A stretch of DNA of 64,000 nt, taken from assembly GCA_963555825.3 (NCBI GenBank), contig CAUVXB020000001.1, positions 1,440,001 through 1,504,000 on the forward strand, written 5' to 3'. Every line of letters begins with the position of its first letter. Within the stretch, counting starts at the first letter, position 1. Shown one piece after another: positions 10,545 to 19,448 of this stretch. Source of the DNA: Alphaproteobacteria bacterium. Its GTDB lineage: Bacteria > Pseudomonadota > Alphaproteobacteria > JAAXGF01. Under the pieces are notes generated by a model, which searched no databases, was not told the origin of the DNA, and saw only the letters and a list, made by a program, of their open reading frames with translations. Both the position numbers and the translations under genes were made by a program.

Positions 10545-13500
10545 CTGACGGGCCCTCCCTGGCGCATAGCGGCAAAGTAAATCGGAAGTCCGCGCCCGTC
10601 CCGCCATCGCCGCCCAGCCAAAGCTTGCCATCGTGGCGATCGAGGATCGAACGACAAATCGACAGCCCGAGACCCAGCCCTTGGGACTTGGTGGTGAAGA
10701 AGGGCTCGAATATATGATCGCGAATCTCGGGCGGCACCCCGGGCCCGGTATCCTGCACACTGATCTCGACCTGTCCCACGCCATCGCCCAAAGACCGTGT
10801 CTTGGCGGCTGTCCGGATGCGCAGCTCTCGTGACTCGATCCCTTGGGACCCCAACATCTCGATGCTGTTGCGCGCGAGGTTCAGGATGACCTGTTGGAAC
10901 TCGATGTCGTCGACAACCGCGGTCGGCGACGGCTCGGCGAGATCCATTCGGATGGCGACGCCGTTGGCGCCAATTTCGCCTTTCAACAATTCGATCGCGA
11001 CGCCGATCGCCGCATTGACGTCGATGCGTGACTTGGGTCGGCGGTCCTTGCGGATGAACCCGCGAATGCGGCGAACGATTTCGCTGGCTCGCGCCGACTG
11101 GCTGACGATGTGCCGCAAGGCGTCAGCCAACGTCTCCGGCGCGCCCTTGCCTTCCTCGAAACTGCTCAGGCAACCCTGCGCATAGGACGAGATGACGGCG
11201 AGCGGCTGGTTGAGCTCATGGGCCAGCCCGGCGGTCATCTCGCCCAGCATGTTGACGCGCGAGACATGTGCAAGATCGTCCTGGAACTGGCGCATCTTGT
11301 CCTCGACGCGCCGCCGTTCGGTGATGTCCTGCACCGTGCCAACGGTTCGGACGACCTCGCCGTCTTCTCCGAGTATGGCTTCCGCCCGTTCAATAACGAC
11401 GCGAGTGCCGCGCTCGGGATGCTCGACCCTAAACTCGATATCGTAGCCACGGCGCTCGTCGTCGGCGCGCTCGAATTCCGCTGCCACACGGTCGCGGTCA
11501 TCGGGATGAATCATTTCGAGATAATTATCGAGGTCTTTGCAGACGTACCCGTCCGGCACGCCAAAGATACGCGCTGCCTCGCCCGACGAATAGAGCTGCT
11601 CGCCCGTCGTTTCGTCCCATGCCCAATGGCCGACGTTGGCGATACGCTGCGCCTGAGCCAGCCGTGACTCGCTCTCGCGCAGCGCTTTTTCGGCTTGCCG
11701 GCGTTCGGTTATATCGTCGACCGAAAAGATGACGCGCGACCAGCTATCGCGATGCCCGGGTAGGATGACCATCTTGTTTCGCGTGAAAATCTCCGTGCCG
11801 TCGTATGCGACTTCCCTCGCTTCGTACACGAAGCTTGTCTCGCCACCAATGAAGGCGAGAAGATTCTCGGTAAATCCTGCGAGTTCTTCCGGCGTAACAC
11901 GTCCACTCGCAGTCACCTCAATGACCGCCTGTTTGGTCGGTGCGCGAAACAGTTCGAGCGTCGCCTGACTGATTTCGATCGTCTCAATCGAATCGAAAAT
12001 CTTCGTCACCTGATCGGGGCGCCGCCGGAAATAGCGACGCCAATCCCTGACGCCACGCCGTCTCAGTCGGTCGACTGCCTCCTTCACGCTGGACCAGTCC
12101 TCCAACCACACACTGAGCGGTGCCTGTTCGAACAGTTCGCGATAGCGTTGCTCGCTCTCCGCGAGCGCCTCCTCGACCCGCTTGCGCTCGGTAATGTCGA
12201 TGGTGACCGCACCGATGGACTTGATGTCGCCGGCGGCATCGGGGACCGGGAACTTGACGGACATGAAAGAATGGACGCCGTCGTCGAACGGAACCTCGTA
12301 TTCCCGCTCGATCGCCTGGCCCGATTCGAAAACCGCGCGGTCGTGTTCGAGATGCACGTCCGCTTGCGCCGTGGCGAATATCTCGTGCGCCGTTCGCCCC
12401 AGAACCGGGCGATCCGGTGAACCGAAGAGTTCTTCCGACTGTCGACCCACTATGATGTGGCGGCCCTCGGTATCCTTCAGGTAGATCTCCGACGGTGCGT
12501 TGTCGAGCAGCGCCCGGAAGCGCGCCTCGCTCTCGCGCAGCGCCTGTTCGGCACGCTTGCGCTCGGTGATGTCGACCGAAATCACGAGTACGTGTGAATA
12601 GTCCTGCTCATGACCGGGGGCAACCGACCAAAGCGCTTCGACCTCGCGCCGAGATCCGTCGGAGCGCATCACGAAAGTTTCAAACTCGAGGCTCGTCTCG
12701 CCCCTATGGACAGCCAGCAGCACGTCCTTAAGGGTCGCAAGAGCAGCGTCGCTCAAATTTTGGGTGACGTTCGCTTTAAGAACGGCCTCGGCATCGGCGT
12801 TATGCAATCTAAGGGCGGCCTGGTTCACGTCGAGTACCTCGATCGCCTTGGCACATTCGGCGACAAATTTCGGACGCTGCTCGAGATAGCCCGCGAAGAC
12901 GTTGGAATCGTCGATTTCGAGGGCGTCGATGCGCGCCTTGACCTTGGAAAAGTTCTCTGTGCGAATCGAAACCGGTGCTTGGTCGAACAGCTCGCGATAG
13001 CGTTGCTCACTTTCGCGCAGCGCCCGCTCGGCCTGCTTCCGCTCGGTGATATCCTGGACCGTCCCGATGGTACGGATGAGTTCGCCATCTTCGTCGAGTT
13101 CTACCCGGGCGCGTTCGTGAACGAAGCGGATCGCGCCGTCCGGGCGGACGATTTTGTACTCGACATCGTAGCCATGGCGACGGTCGTGGGCCGCATCCAT
13201 CAACGATCCTACGCGTTCGCGATCATTCGGATGAACCATGTCGAGCCATTCGTCGAAGCTGCCGGCAACCCATTCCGGAGGGGTGCCGAAGATTACCTTA
13301 CCAATCGCCGACGCGTATATCTCGCGGTCCGCCTTCTCATCCCAGACCCAATGTCCGATCATCGCGATCTGTTGCGCTTCGGCGAGCCGTGACTCGCTCT
13401 TTCTGAGCGCTGCATCCGCCCGTTTGCGCGCGGTAATATCATCGATCGCATAGATCACCCGCGACCAATCATGCCGACGTTGGGGCGGCATGACGGCGCG

Positions 13501-14901
13501 CATGTGGGTGGTGATTTTCATCCCGTCGGCGCGGAATTCGCGCACCTCGTACTCGCGTTCCATGGTTCCTTTAAGAAAGGCATAGAGCGAGTCCAGGGCA
13601 CCTTGCAAATTGTCGTCGGGTTCCGCGTTTGCCGGAAACAATTCGCGGAGCGCCGCGAGATCGGCAACGCCGTAGAGTTCGAGTATTGCTCGGCTCGCAT
13701 CGGTAATCGTGATCAGGTCGTAAAACTCTTTGGCGCGCTCAGGCCGCCGCGAAAAATACCGGCGGAAGTCCTTGACGCCCCGCCTCGCCAACTTGTCGAC
13801 GAATTTCTTGGCTTGCGACCAGTCCTCCTCCCAGATACCGACCGGCGATTCCTCGAATATTTCGCGATAGCGGTGCTCGCTTTCACGCAACGCTTCCAAC
13901 GCTTCGTGAAGTTCCGATGTTCGTTCCTCGACACGCCGCTCGAGCTTGTCGTGCGCCTCGCGCAACGCTTCCTCGACATGCTTCAATTCGGTGACGTCCT
14001 GGACCGTGCCGACCTGCTCGATCGCCTTGCCGGCGGCGTCGCGGACAGCCTCGCCGAGTTCCAGGACGTGCCGCACCTCGCCATCGGGACGCACGATGCG
14101 GTATTCGATCTCGTAATCGATGCCTTCGTCGTCGAACCGCTTGAACTCGGACTGGACGCGATCGCGGTCGTCGGGATGGATGGCGCGCGTCATACACGAC
14201 CGCATCCAATCTTCGATTTCATCCATGCCGACGCCGTGGATACGCGCGTACTCCTCGGAGCACGAGATCAACGCGTCGCGCCCGACCGACCAACGCCAAT
14301 TGCCGATCTTCGCCAGACGTTGCGCCGCGGCAAGTTCGGCCGTCCGTTCCGCGACGCGCCGCTCCAGCTCGTCGTGTGCTTGCTGCAACGCCGCCTCGGC
14401 CATTTTGCGATCGGTGATATCAGTCGCGATGCCACCGACGCCAACCGTTCTGCCGGCAAGATCGATGATCGGGAACTTGATCTCGAGATCGGTGTGAACG
14501 ACGCCGCCGTATTCGAGCACTTGCTCTTTCACCATGGACCGGCCGGTCGCGAACGTCTCTCGGTCCTGGGCGGTAAATTCCGCCGTGACGTCGGCCGGAA
14601 AGAACTCACCCATCGTCTTGCCGACCACTTGCTTTTCGGTCAGCCCGTAGCGCCGCTCGAATTCTCCGTTGACCAGGACATACCGGCCCTCCCGGTCGAC
14701 CAGGAAAATTTCGGCCGGCGCGTGATTCATGATCGCGCGCAATCGCGCCTCGCTCATGCGCAAGGCGTCCTCGACCCGGATGCGATCGACGGCCGCCTCT
14801 TCGAGCACGGCGACGCGGCGTTTCAGTGTTTCGACTTGGACGGAAAGCTCGGCCTTGGTGCACCGAGCGGGGCGATCAATCGGGCTCTGTACATGGGACA
14901 T
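10537..14901 (-). CDS. Cytoplasmic multi-PAS sensor histidine kinase (FixL-type transmitter)
   Basis: Repeated PAS/PAC blocks ending DITERK, LAHELNQPL H-box, DTGPG and GLGLGL G-boxes; no obvious TM segment. Confidence 0.92.
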   Translation of the reverse strand: MSHVQSPIDRPARCTKAELSVQVETLKRRVAVLEEAAVDRIRVEDALRMSEARLRAIMNHAPAEIFLVDREGRYVLVNGEFERRYGLTEKQVVGKTMGEFFPADVTAEFTAQDRETFATGRSMVKEQVLEYGGVVHTDLEIKFPIIDLAGRTVGVGGIATDITDRKMAEAALQQAHDELERRVAERTAELAAAQRLAKIGNWRWSVGRDALISCSEEYARIHGVGMDEIEDWMRSCMTRAIHPDDRDRVQSEFKRFDDEGIDYEIEYRIVRPDGEVRHVLELGEAVRDAAGKAIEQVGTVQDVTELKHVEEALREAHDKLERRVEERTSELHEALEALRESEHRYREIFEESPVGIWEEDWSQAKKFVDKLARRGVKDFRRYFSRRPERAKEFYDLITITDASRAILELYGVADLAALRELFPANAEPDDNLQGALDSLYAFLKGTMEREYEVREFRADGMKITTHMRAVMPPQRRHDWSRVIYAIDDITARKRADAALRKSESRLAEAQQIAMIGHWVWDEKADREIYASAIGKVIFGTPPEWVAGSFDEWLDMVHPNDRERVGSLMDAAHDRRHGYDVEYKIVRPDGAIRFVHERARVELDEDGELIRTIGTVQDITERKQAERALRESEQRYRELFDQAPVSIRTENFSKVKARIDALEIDDSNVFAGYLEQRPKFVAECAKAIEVLDVNQAALRLHNADAEAVLKANVTQNLSDAALATLKDVLLAVHRGETSLEFETFVMRSDGSRREVEALWSVAPGHEQDYSHVLVISVDITERKRAEQALRESEARFRALLDNAPSEIYLKDTEGRHIIVGRQSEELFGSPDRPVLGRTAHEIFATAQADVHLEHDRAVFESGQAIEREYEVPFDDGVHSFMSVKFPVPDAAGDIKSIGAVTIDITERKRVEEALAESEQRYRELFEQAPLSVWLEDWSSVKEAVDRLRRRGVRDWRRYFRRRPDQVTKIFDSIETIEISQATLELFRAPTKQAVIEVTASGRVTPEELAGFTENLLAFIGGETSFVYEAREVAYDGTEIFTRNKMVILPGHRDSWSRVIFSVDDITERRQAEKALRESESRLAQAQRIANVGHWAWDETTGEQLYSSGEAARIFGVPDGYVCKDLDNYLEMIHPDDRDRVAAEFERADDERRGYDIEFRVEHPERGTRVVIERAEAILGEDGEVVRTVGTVQDITERRRVEDKMRQFQDDLAHVSRVNMLGEMTAGLAHELNQPLAVISSYAQGCLSSFEEGKGAPETLADALRHIVSQSARASEIVRRIRGFIRKDRRPKSRIDVNAAIGVAIELLKGEIGANGVAIRMDLAEPSPTAVVDDIEFQQVILNLARNSIEMLGSQGIESRELRIRTAAKTRSLGDGVGQVEISVQDTGPGVPPEIRDHIFEPFFTTKSQGLGLGLSICRSILDRHDGKLWLGGDGGTGADFRFTLPLCAREGPSDF

Positions 14902-15010
14902 GGCGATTCCCTTGGGCTTCGGCGGCCCGACCATTTGGGTCGCCGGCTGTACGAGCCTACTAGCATAGCATCGCCAGTCCAAACGGTCCGGCGATGCGTT
15001 CCATCGCTGT

Positions 15011-16255
15011 CTACAACAGCTTCGCCTCGAACGGGTAGGTGCTCAGCACCACGGCGCCGTCCTTGGTCACCAGTACCTGATCCTCGAGTTTGACGCCATA
15101 GGGGGCGCCGTCCTTGCCGGCATAGCACTCCAGGCAGAACACCATGTTTTCCTGGATCTCGCGGTCGGGGATGCCCTTGATGCCTTCGTCGGCGACGTCC
15201 GGGTAGGGGATGCCGGGCCCCTCGTCCTCGAGCCCCGCCTGATGGCACATGCCACCGTAGCGGCCCTTCTTGTATGCATCGGGCAGCTCGGGCGCCTGGC
15301 GGGAAAACTCCTCGAAGCTCATGCCCGGCTTCATCAGCTCGCGCATGCCGTTCACGCAGTCATAGGCGATGCGGTAGGCCTCTTTCTGCCCCTCCTCGAC
15401 CGCTTCGTCGCCACACAGGAAGGTGCGCGAGATGTCGAAGACGTAGCCCTCATAGCCGTTGGCGTCGGTGTCGAAGCCGACCAGATCGCCCGGCTGGACG
15501 AGCTTGTCGTGGGCCTCGGACATCCAGGGATTGGTCCGCGTGCCCGAAGCGACGAGGCGCGTGAACATGAACTCGCCGTGGTTGCGAAACAGCGATTCGT
15601 TGATCACGGCCAACAGCTCGTACTCGCGGATGCCAGGCACGATGGCGGCTTCGAAATCGGCCAGCACGGCGTCGCCGATGGCGCCGTTGATGATCATCAG
15701 GCCGACCTCCTCGGGCGTCTTGACCTCGCGCGCGTCGACCGTCGCGGGCGTCGGGTCGGTGACCTTGATGCCCTGATCGACCAGCGCGTTGAAGCCGTGG
15801 CCGTCCAACCGGTCGACGGCGAGCGGCGCGCCCTCGCAGCCCATCTCGCGCATCGCGTCCTTGATCGACGCGGCCCATTTCTGCGCCCGGTCCCAACCCT
15901 CGACACCACCGTACTGCCAACTCATGGCAGGCCGGACGTCGTCCATGATGCGCTGCGAGACGTGCAGTGAATTGGGGTATTCGAACATGATCGGGGCGCC
16001 CTCGGCGGCGACCAGGCAATAGCGCGCCAGCGTCGTCGCGGTCCACACGCCCATGACCTCGGTGCCGGTCGCATAGCGGATGTTGCCCGGCGTGTAGAAC
16101 AGGCAGATCGGCATATCGTGCTTCTTCATGTTCTGCTGGAGCCGCTCGAGCCGCCCGGCGCGAAGCTGCTTGTGATCGATGTCGGTCAAGGCAGGCACGC
16201 GCAGGGTCTGCACATGCGGGTTATGCGGCCGATGCCGTTCGCCACCAACGGTCAT
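15011..16255 (-). CDS. M24 family metallopeptidase-fold protein (Xaa-Pro peptidase/DddP-like)
   Basis: NIRYATG, SGTRTNPW, FDTD...DISRTFLCG, GVKLEDQVLV motifs. Confidence 0.8.
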   Translation of the reverse strand: MTVGGERHRPHNPHVQTLRVPALTDIDHKQLRAGRLERLQQNMKKHDMPICLFYTPGNIRYATGTEVMGVWTATTLARYCLVAAEGAPIMFEYPNSLHVSQRIMDDVRPAMSWQYGGVEGWDRAQKWAASIKDAMREMGCEGAPLAVDRLDGHGFNALVDQGIKVTDPTPATVDAREVKTPEEVGLMIINGAIGDAVLADFEAAIVPGIREYELLAVINESLFRNHGEFMFTRLVASGTRTNPWMSEAHDKLVQPGDLVGFDTDANGYEGYVFDISRTFLCGDEAVEEGQKEAYRIAYDCVNGMRELMKPGMSFEEFSRQAPELPDAYKKGRYGGMCHQAGLEDEGPGIPYPDVADEGIKGIPDREIQENMVFCLECYAGKDGAPYGVKLEDQVLVTKDGAVVLSTYPFEAKLL

Positions 16256-16383
16256 GATTGGAATTCCTGTGAATGAGGGGCCCAAAAAATGCCGGGACTG
16301 CGCGCGCCCTGTGCCTCCAGCGATCTTGCCCCAATTCAAGCAGCGCGCAAGCGCAAATCACGCATGGCACCCGTTCGGTGCCG

Positions 16384-17637
16384 TTAGCCGTCGTCGACGT
16401 CGAGCGTGAACAGCTCCTGAGCCGTTCCGACGCCGCGCAGCCTGTGCTCGCCGATCGACACGAGCCGCGACGCCGAGGACGCCGCCGCGCGCGCGAAGGC
16501 TTCCGAGACGAGCAGGTTGTGGCCGACCTCGCCGCACAGCGCCTCGATGCGGCTGGCCTCGTTGACTGCCGGTCCGATGACCGTGAAATCGAGCCTGTCC
16601 TCGGCGCCGACGTTGCCGAACATCACCTCGCCCAGGTGGAGCGCGACGTCGAGCGCCATGACGGGCGCGCCGGCGGCGGCCCGGTTCGCGTTGAGGTGCG
16701 CGACGTTGTCCAACGATTCGACGGCCGCCGCCAGCGCCCGGCCGCAGAGCGCATCGGGATCGGCGCCCTCGAGGTTGAACGCCGCGAGCAAGCCGTCGCC
16801 GAGAAACTTGAGCACGTCGCCGCCATTGGCGTGCACGGGCCGCACCATGCAGTCGAAATAATCGTTGAGCGCGGCGACGACCTCGTCTTTCGGCGCCCGG
16901 TCGCTGAACGTCGTGAAGCCCTGCAAGTCGGCATAGAGGATGACCGACGGAATGACGTCCATCGAGCCGCGCCGGATTTCGCCGCGCAGGATGCGTTGGC
17001 CGACCGAGGTTCCGACGTAGGTGTCGAGCAGGTTGACCGCGACCTGGTGTGTCAGCGTCGCGCTCAGCGCGAGTGCAAAACGCGGTTGGAGCCGCTCGAT
17101 CGCGGCCACCTCGGCGTCGGAGAACCCCGCCGGGCCGTCACTCGCCCAGGAGGCGATCATGCCCGTCGTCTCTTTCGTGATTTCGCCCACGCCGAATGCG
17201 ACCAACGTGGCGAAATAGTCGGTGACGCCCTGCGCCTCGAGGCTCTCGAGCAAGGGGAAGTCGAGACAGGCGTCGGGGCCGACCAGCCGCCGGCGCAGCA
17301 CCGGCACATCGTTTTCCAGCATGTAGTGGAATGGGCTCGCTCGCCACTCCTGGCTTTGCCCGGCAATGTCGTGCCCGATCGAGCGCTGCTCGACGCCGTG
17401 ACCGCGCTGCCAAACGTAATCGAGCGCCGCGACGCTCGGATGCAAGGTGCGCATGCTGAGCGTCGTTCGATTTAAGGCGGCCCCTGTCTCGACAAGGCGC
17501 TCGCAGAAGCCGTCGATCAACGGCTCGAAGCCGGTCTTCGCGAGGCCCTGCGCGACCAGCCAATCGCCGATCGCCTCGACGCTCAAAGCATCGGTCGCGC
17601 CCGGCGCCTCGCTACGATCGGTGACGGTATCATCCAT
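16384..17637 (-). CDS. Class III adenylate/guanylate cyclase with GAF-like N-terminus
   Basis: LYADLQGFT, LKFLGDGLL, DFTVIGPAVNEASRIE motifs. Confidence 0.9.
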   Translation of the reverse strand: MDDTVTDRSEAPGATDALSVEAIGDWLVAQGLAKTGFEPLIDGFCERLVETGAALNRTTLSMRTLHPSVAALDYVWQRGHGVEQRSIGHDIAGQSQEWRASPFHYMLENDVPVLRRRLVGPDACLDFPLLESLEAQGVTDYFATLVAFGVGEITKETTGMIASWASDGPAGFSDAEVAAIERLQPRFALALSATLTHQVAVNLLDTYVGTSVGQRILRGEIRRGSMDVIPSVILYADLQGFTTFSDRAPKDEVVAALNDYFDCMVRPVHANGGDVLKFLGDGLLAAFNLEGADPDALCGRALAAAVESLDNVAHLNANRAAAGAPVMALDVALHLGEVMFGNVGAEDRLDFTVIGPAVNEASRIEALCGEVGHNLLVSEAFARAAASSASRLVSIGEHRLRGVGTAQELFTLDVDDG

Positions 17638-17701
17638 GTCGACGGTGCCCGCCCTAGCCCGGAATCTTCACCATGGAGAGGACCTCTTGAGGCGAGCGAA
17701 A

Positions 17702-17779
17702 TGGGGCGAGTGACCGGGATTGAACCGGCGACCTCCAGATCCACAATCTGGCGCTCTAACCGACTGAGCTACACCCGCC
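17702..17779 (-). tRNA. tRNA-His (GTG), with G-1, C73 and encoded CCA
   Basis: Reverse complement GGCGGGTGTAGCTCAGTCGGTTAGAGCGCCAGATTGTGGATCTGGAGGTCGCCGGTTCAATCCCGGTCACTCGCCCCA folds as a cloverleaf. Confidence 0.97.
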
Positions 17780-17861
17780 ATCGCGCCTGATGTAACCACT
17801 CGCCGGAATTGGGTCAAGCGCGCTCTCCTTGCTCATCGCGGCCCGGCCTTCCATACTCATA

Positions 17862-18122
17862 TACCAAGGATCAATGATAGAGACCGATAGAGATCGCGTC
17901 CGCTTTTCGCCGGGTAGGAAGGGAGCCGCAGGCGATGCAGCGCATCGGCTAGGCTTCCTGACGCCCTCCGGCGATAAGCGGCCGCGACTCGAAGGGCGGC
18001 TTGCCGAGGCTTTCGGACGTCGTTGCGCCCGCCTTGCGATGCGCTGCATCGCCGCACCGGGCGCGCCTAGCCGAAAACCTCGGCAAGCCGTCTCTATGGG
18101 TCTCTATCATTGATCCTTGGTA
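17862..18122. mobile_element. 261-bp MITE, copy 1
   Basis: TIR TACCAAGGATCAATGATAGAGACC / GGTCTCTATCATTGATCCTTGGTA; close homolog at 30725..30985. Confidence 0.85.
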
Positions 18123-18142
18123 TTAGGCGGGGATACCGGCCG

Positions 18143-19444
18143 ATGAGCGAAATTCGATTCACGCCAGATTTCAAGGCGACGCCGTACTGGTGGGACGCGG
18201 CGCCGCGCCCCGTCCTGCCCGAGACGCCCTTGCCCGCCGCGGCCGACGTCGTCGTCATCGGCTCGGGCAACGTCGGGCTCTCGGCGGCGCTGACGCTGGC
18301 GCGCGGCGGGCGCGACACGCTGGTGCTCGACGCCGAGGAGATCGGCCATGGCGCGAGCACGCGCAATGCCGGCTATGTCGGCCGCACGCTGTGGGCCAAA
18401 TTCGGCGCGCTCGCGGCCCAGCTCGGGCCTGAGCGCGCCAAGGCGCTGGCAGCCGAGGCGGTCGCCTCGCACCACTTCGTCGTCAAGCTGATCGAGCAGG
18501 AACAGATCGCCTGCCACTTTTCGTACTGCGGGCGCTTCATTGCCGCCGAGACGCCGGGCCAGTATGCGATGTTGGAGCGTGACCTCGAGGACATGGCCAA
18601 GGCCGGCCTCGAGATCGACGGCGAGATGGTGCCGGCGGCCGGGCAGCGCGCCGAGGTCGGCAGCGACTATTACCAAGGCGGCATGGTGCTGCGCGGCACC
18701 GGCGCACTGCATCCCGGCCTGTTCCACCAGGGCCTCGTGGAGCGCGTCATCGGCGCCGGCGCGACGGTCATCGACAAGACGCCGGTCACCGCCATCGCGC
18801 GCGACGGCGACGGCTTCGCGGTCGCGACGCCGCGCGGCACGGTGCGCGCGCGCGACGTCATCGTCGGCACCAATGGTTATACCGGGACGCCGACGCCCTA
18901 TATGGCGCGGCGCATCCTGCCGGTGCCGGCCTATATGATCGTCACCGAGCCGCTCGGCCCCGCGCTGATGAAGAGCGTTTTGCCGACCGGCCGCACGCTG
19001 ATCGATTCCAAGGTCAACATCTTCTGGTCGCGCCCCACCCCCGACGGCGAGCGGCTGATCTTCGGCTCCCGCACGGGCATGCGCGAGGACGACCTGCGCG
19101 TCAAGGCGGGCCAGATCCGCGGCGACATGCTCAAGGTGTTTCCCCAGTTGGAAGACGTCCGCGTGAGCCACTGCTGGACCGGCAACATGGGCTTCACCTT
19201 CGACAAGCTGCCGCACACCGGCAGCCACGAGGGCGTCGAATTCGCCATGGGCCTGTGCGGCGTCGGCATCCCGATGGGCACCTATCTGGGCCACAAGACG
19301 GCGCTCCGCGTGCTCGGCGACCCGGCCGCGGCGACCGCCTTCGACGGCCGCCCCTTCCCGACGCGGCCGTTCTACACCGGCAAGCCGTGGTTCCTGCCGC
19401 TGGTCATCGCCTGGTACCGCCTGCGCGACCGCCTGGCGCGTTGA
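18143..19444 (+). CDS. FAD-dependent oxidoreductase, DAO/PuuB-like
   Basis: DVVVIGSGNVG, GASTRNAG, GTNGYT motifs. Confidence 0.88.
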   Translation: MSEIRFTPDFKATPYWWDAAPRPVLPETPLPAAADVVVIGSGNVGLSAALTLARGGRDTLVLDAEEIGHGASTRNAGYVGRTLWAKFGALAAQLGPERAKALAAEAVASHHFVVKLIEQEQIACHFSYCGRFIAAETPGQYAMLERDLEDMAKAGLEIDGEMVPAAGQRAEVGSDYYQGGMVLRGTGALHPGLFHQGLVERVIGAGATVIDKTPVTAIARDGDGFAVATPRGTVRARDVIVGTNGYTGTPTPYMARRILPVPAYMIVTEPLGPALMKSVLPTGRTLIDSKVNIFWSRPTPDGERLIFGSRTGMREDDLRVKAGQIRGDMLKVFPQLEDVRVSHCWTGNMGFTFDKLPHTGSHEGVEFAMGLCGVGIPMGTYLGHKTALRVLGDPAAATAFDGRPFPTRPFYTGKPWFLPLVIAWYRLRDRLAR

Positions 19445-19448
19445 GCCT

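Noticed and set aside
17640-17860. Integrative element at tRNA-His
   Set aside because: No integrase and no duplicated tRNA 3' end were seen in the window
17829-18113. Small protein genes (also 30737..30976) with similar translations
   Set aside because: They lie within the MITE; the similarity is explained by the DNA repeat and GC-rich open frames
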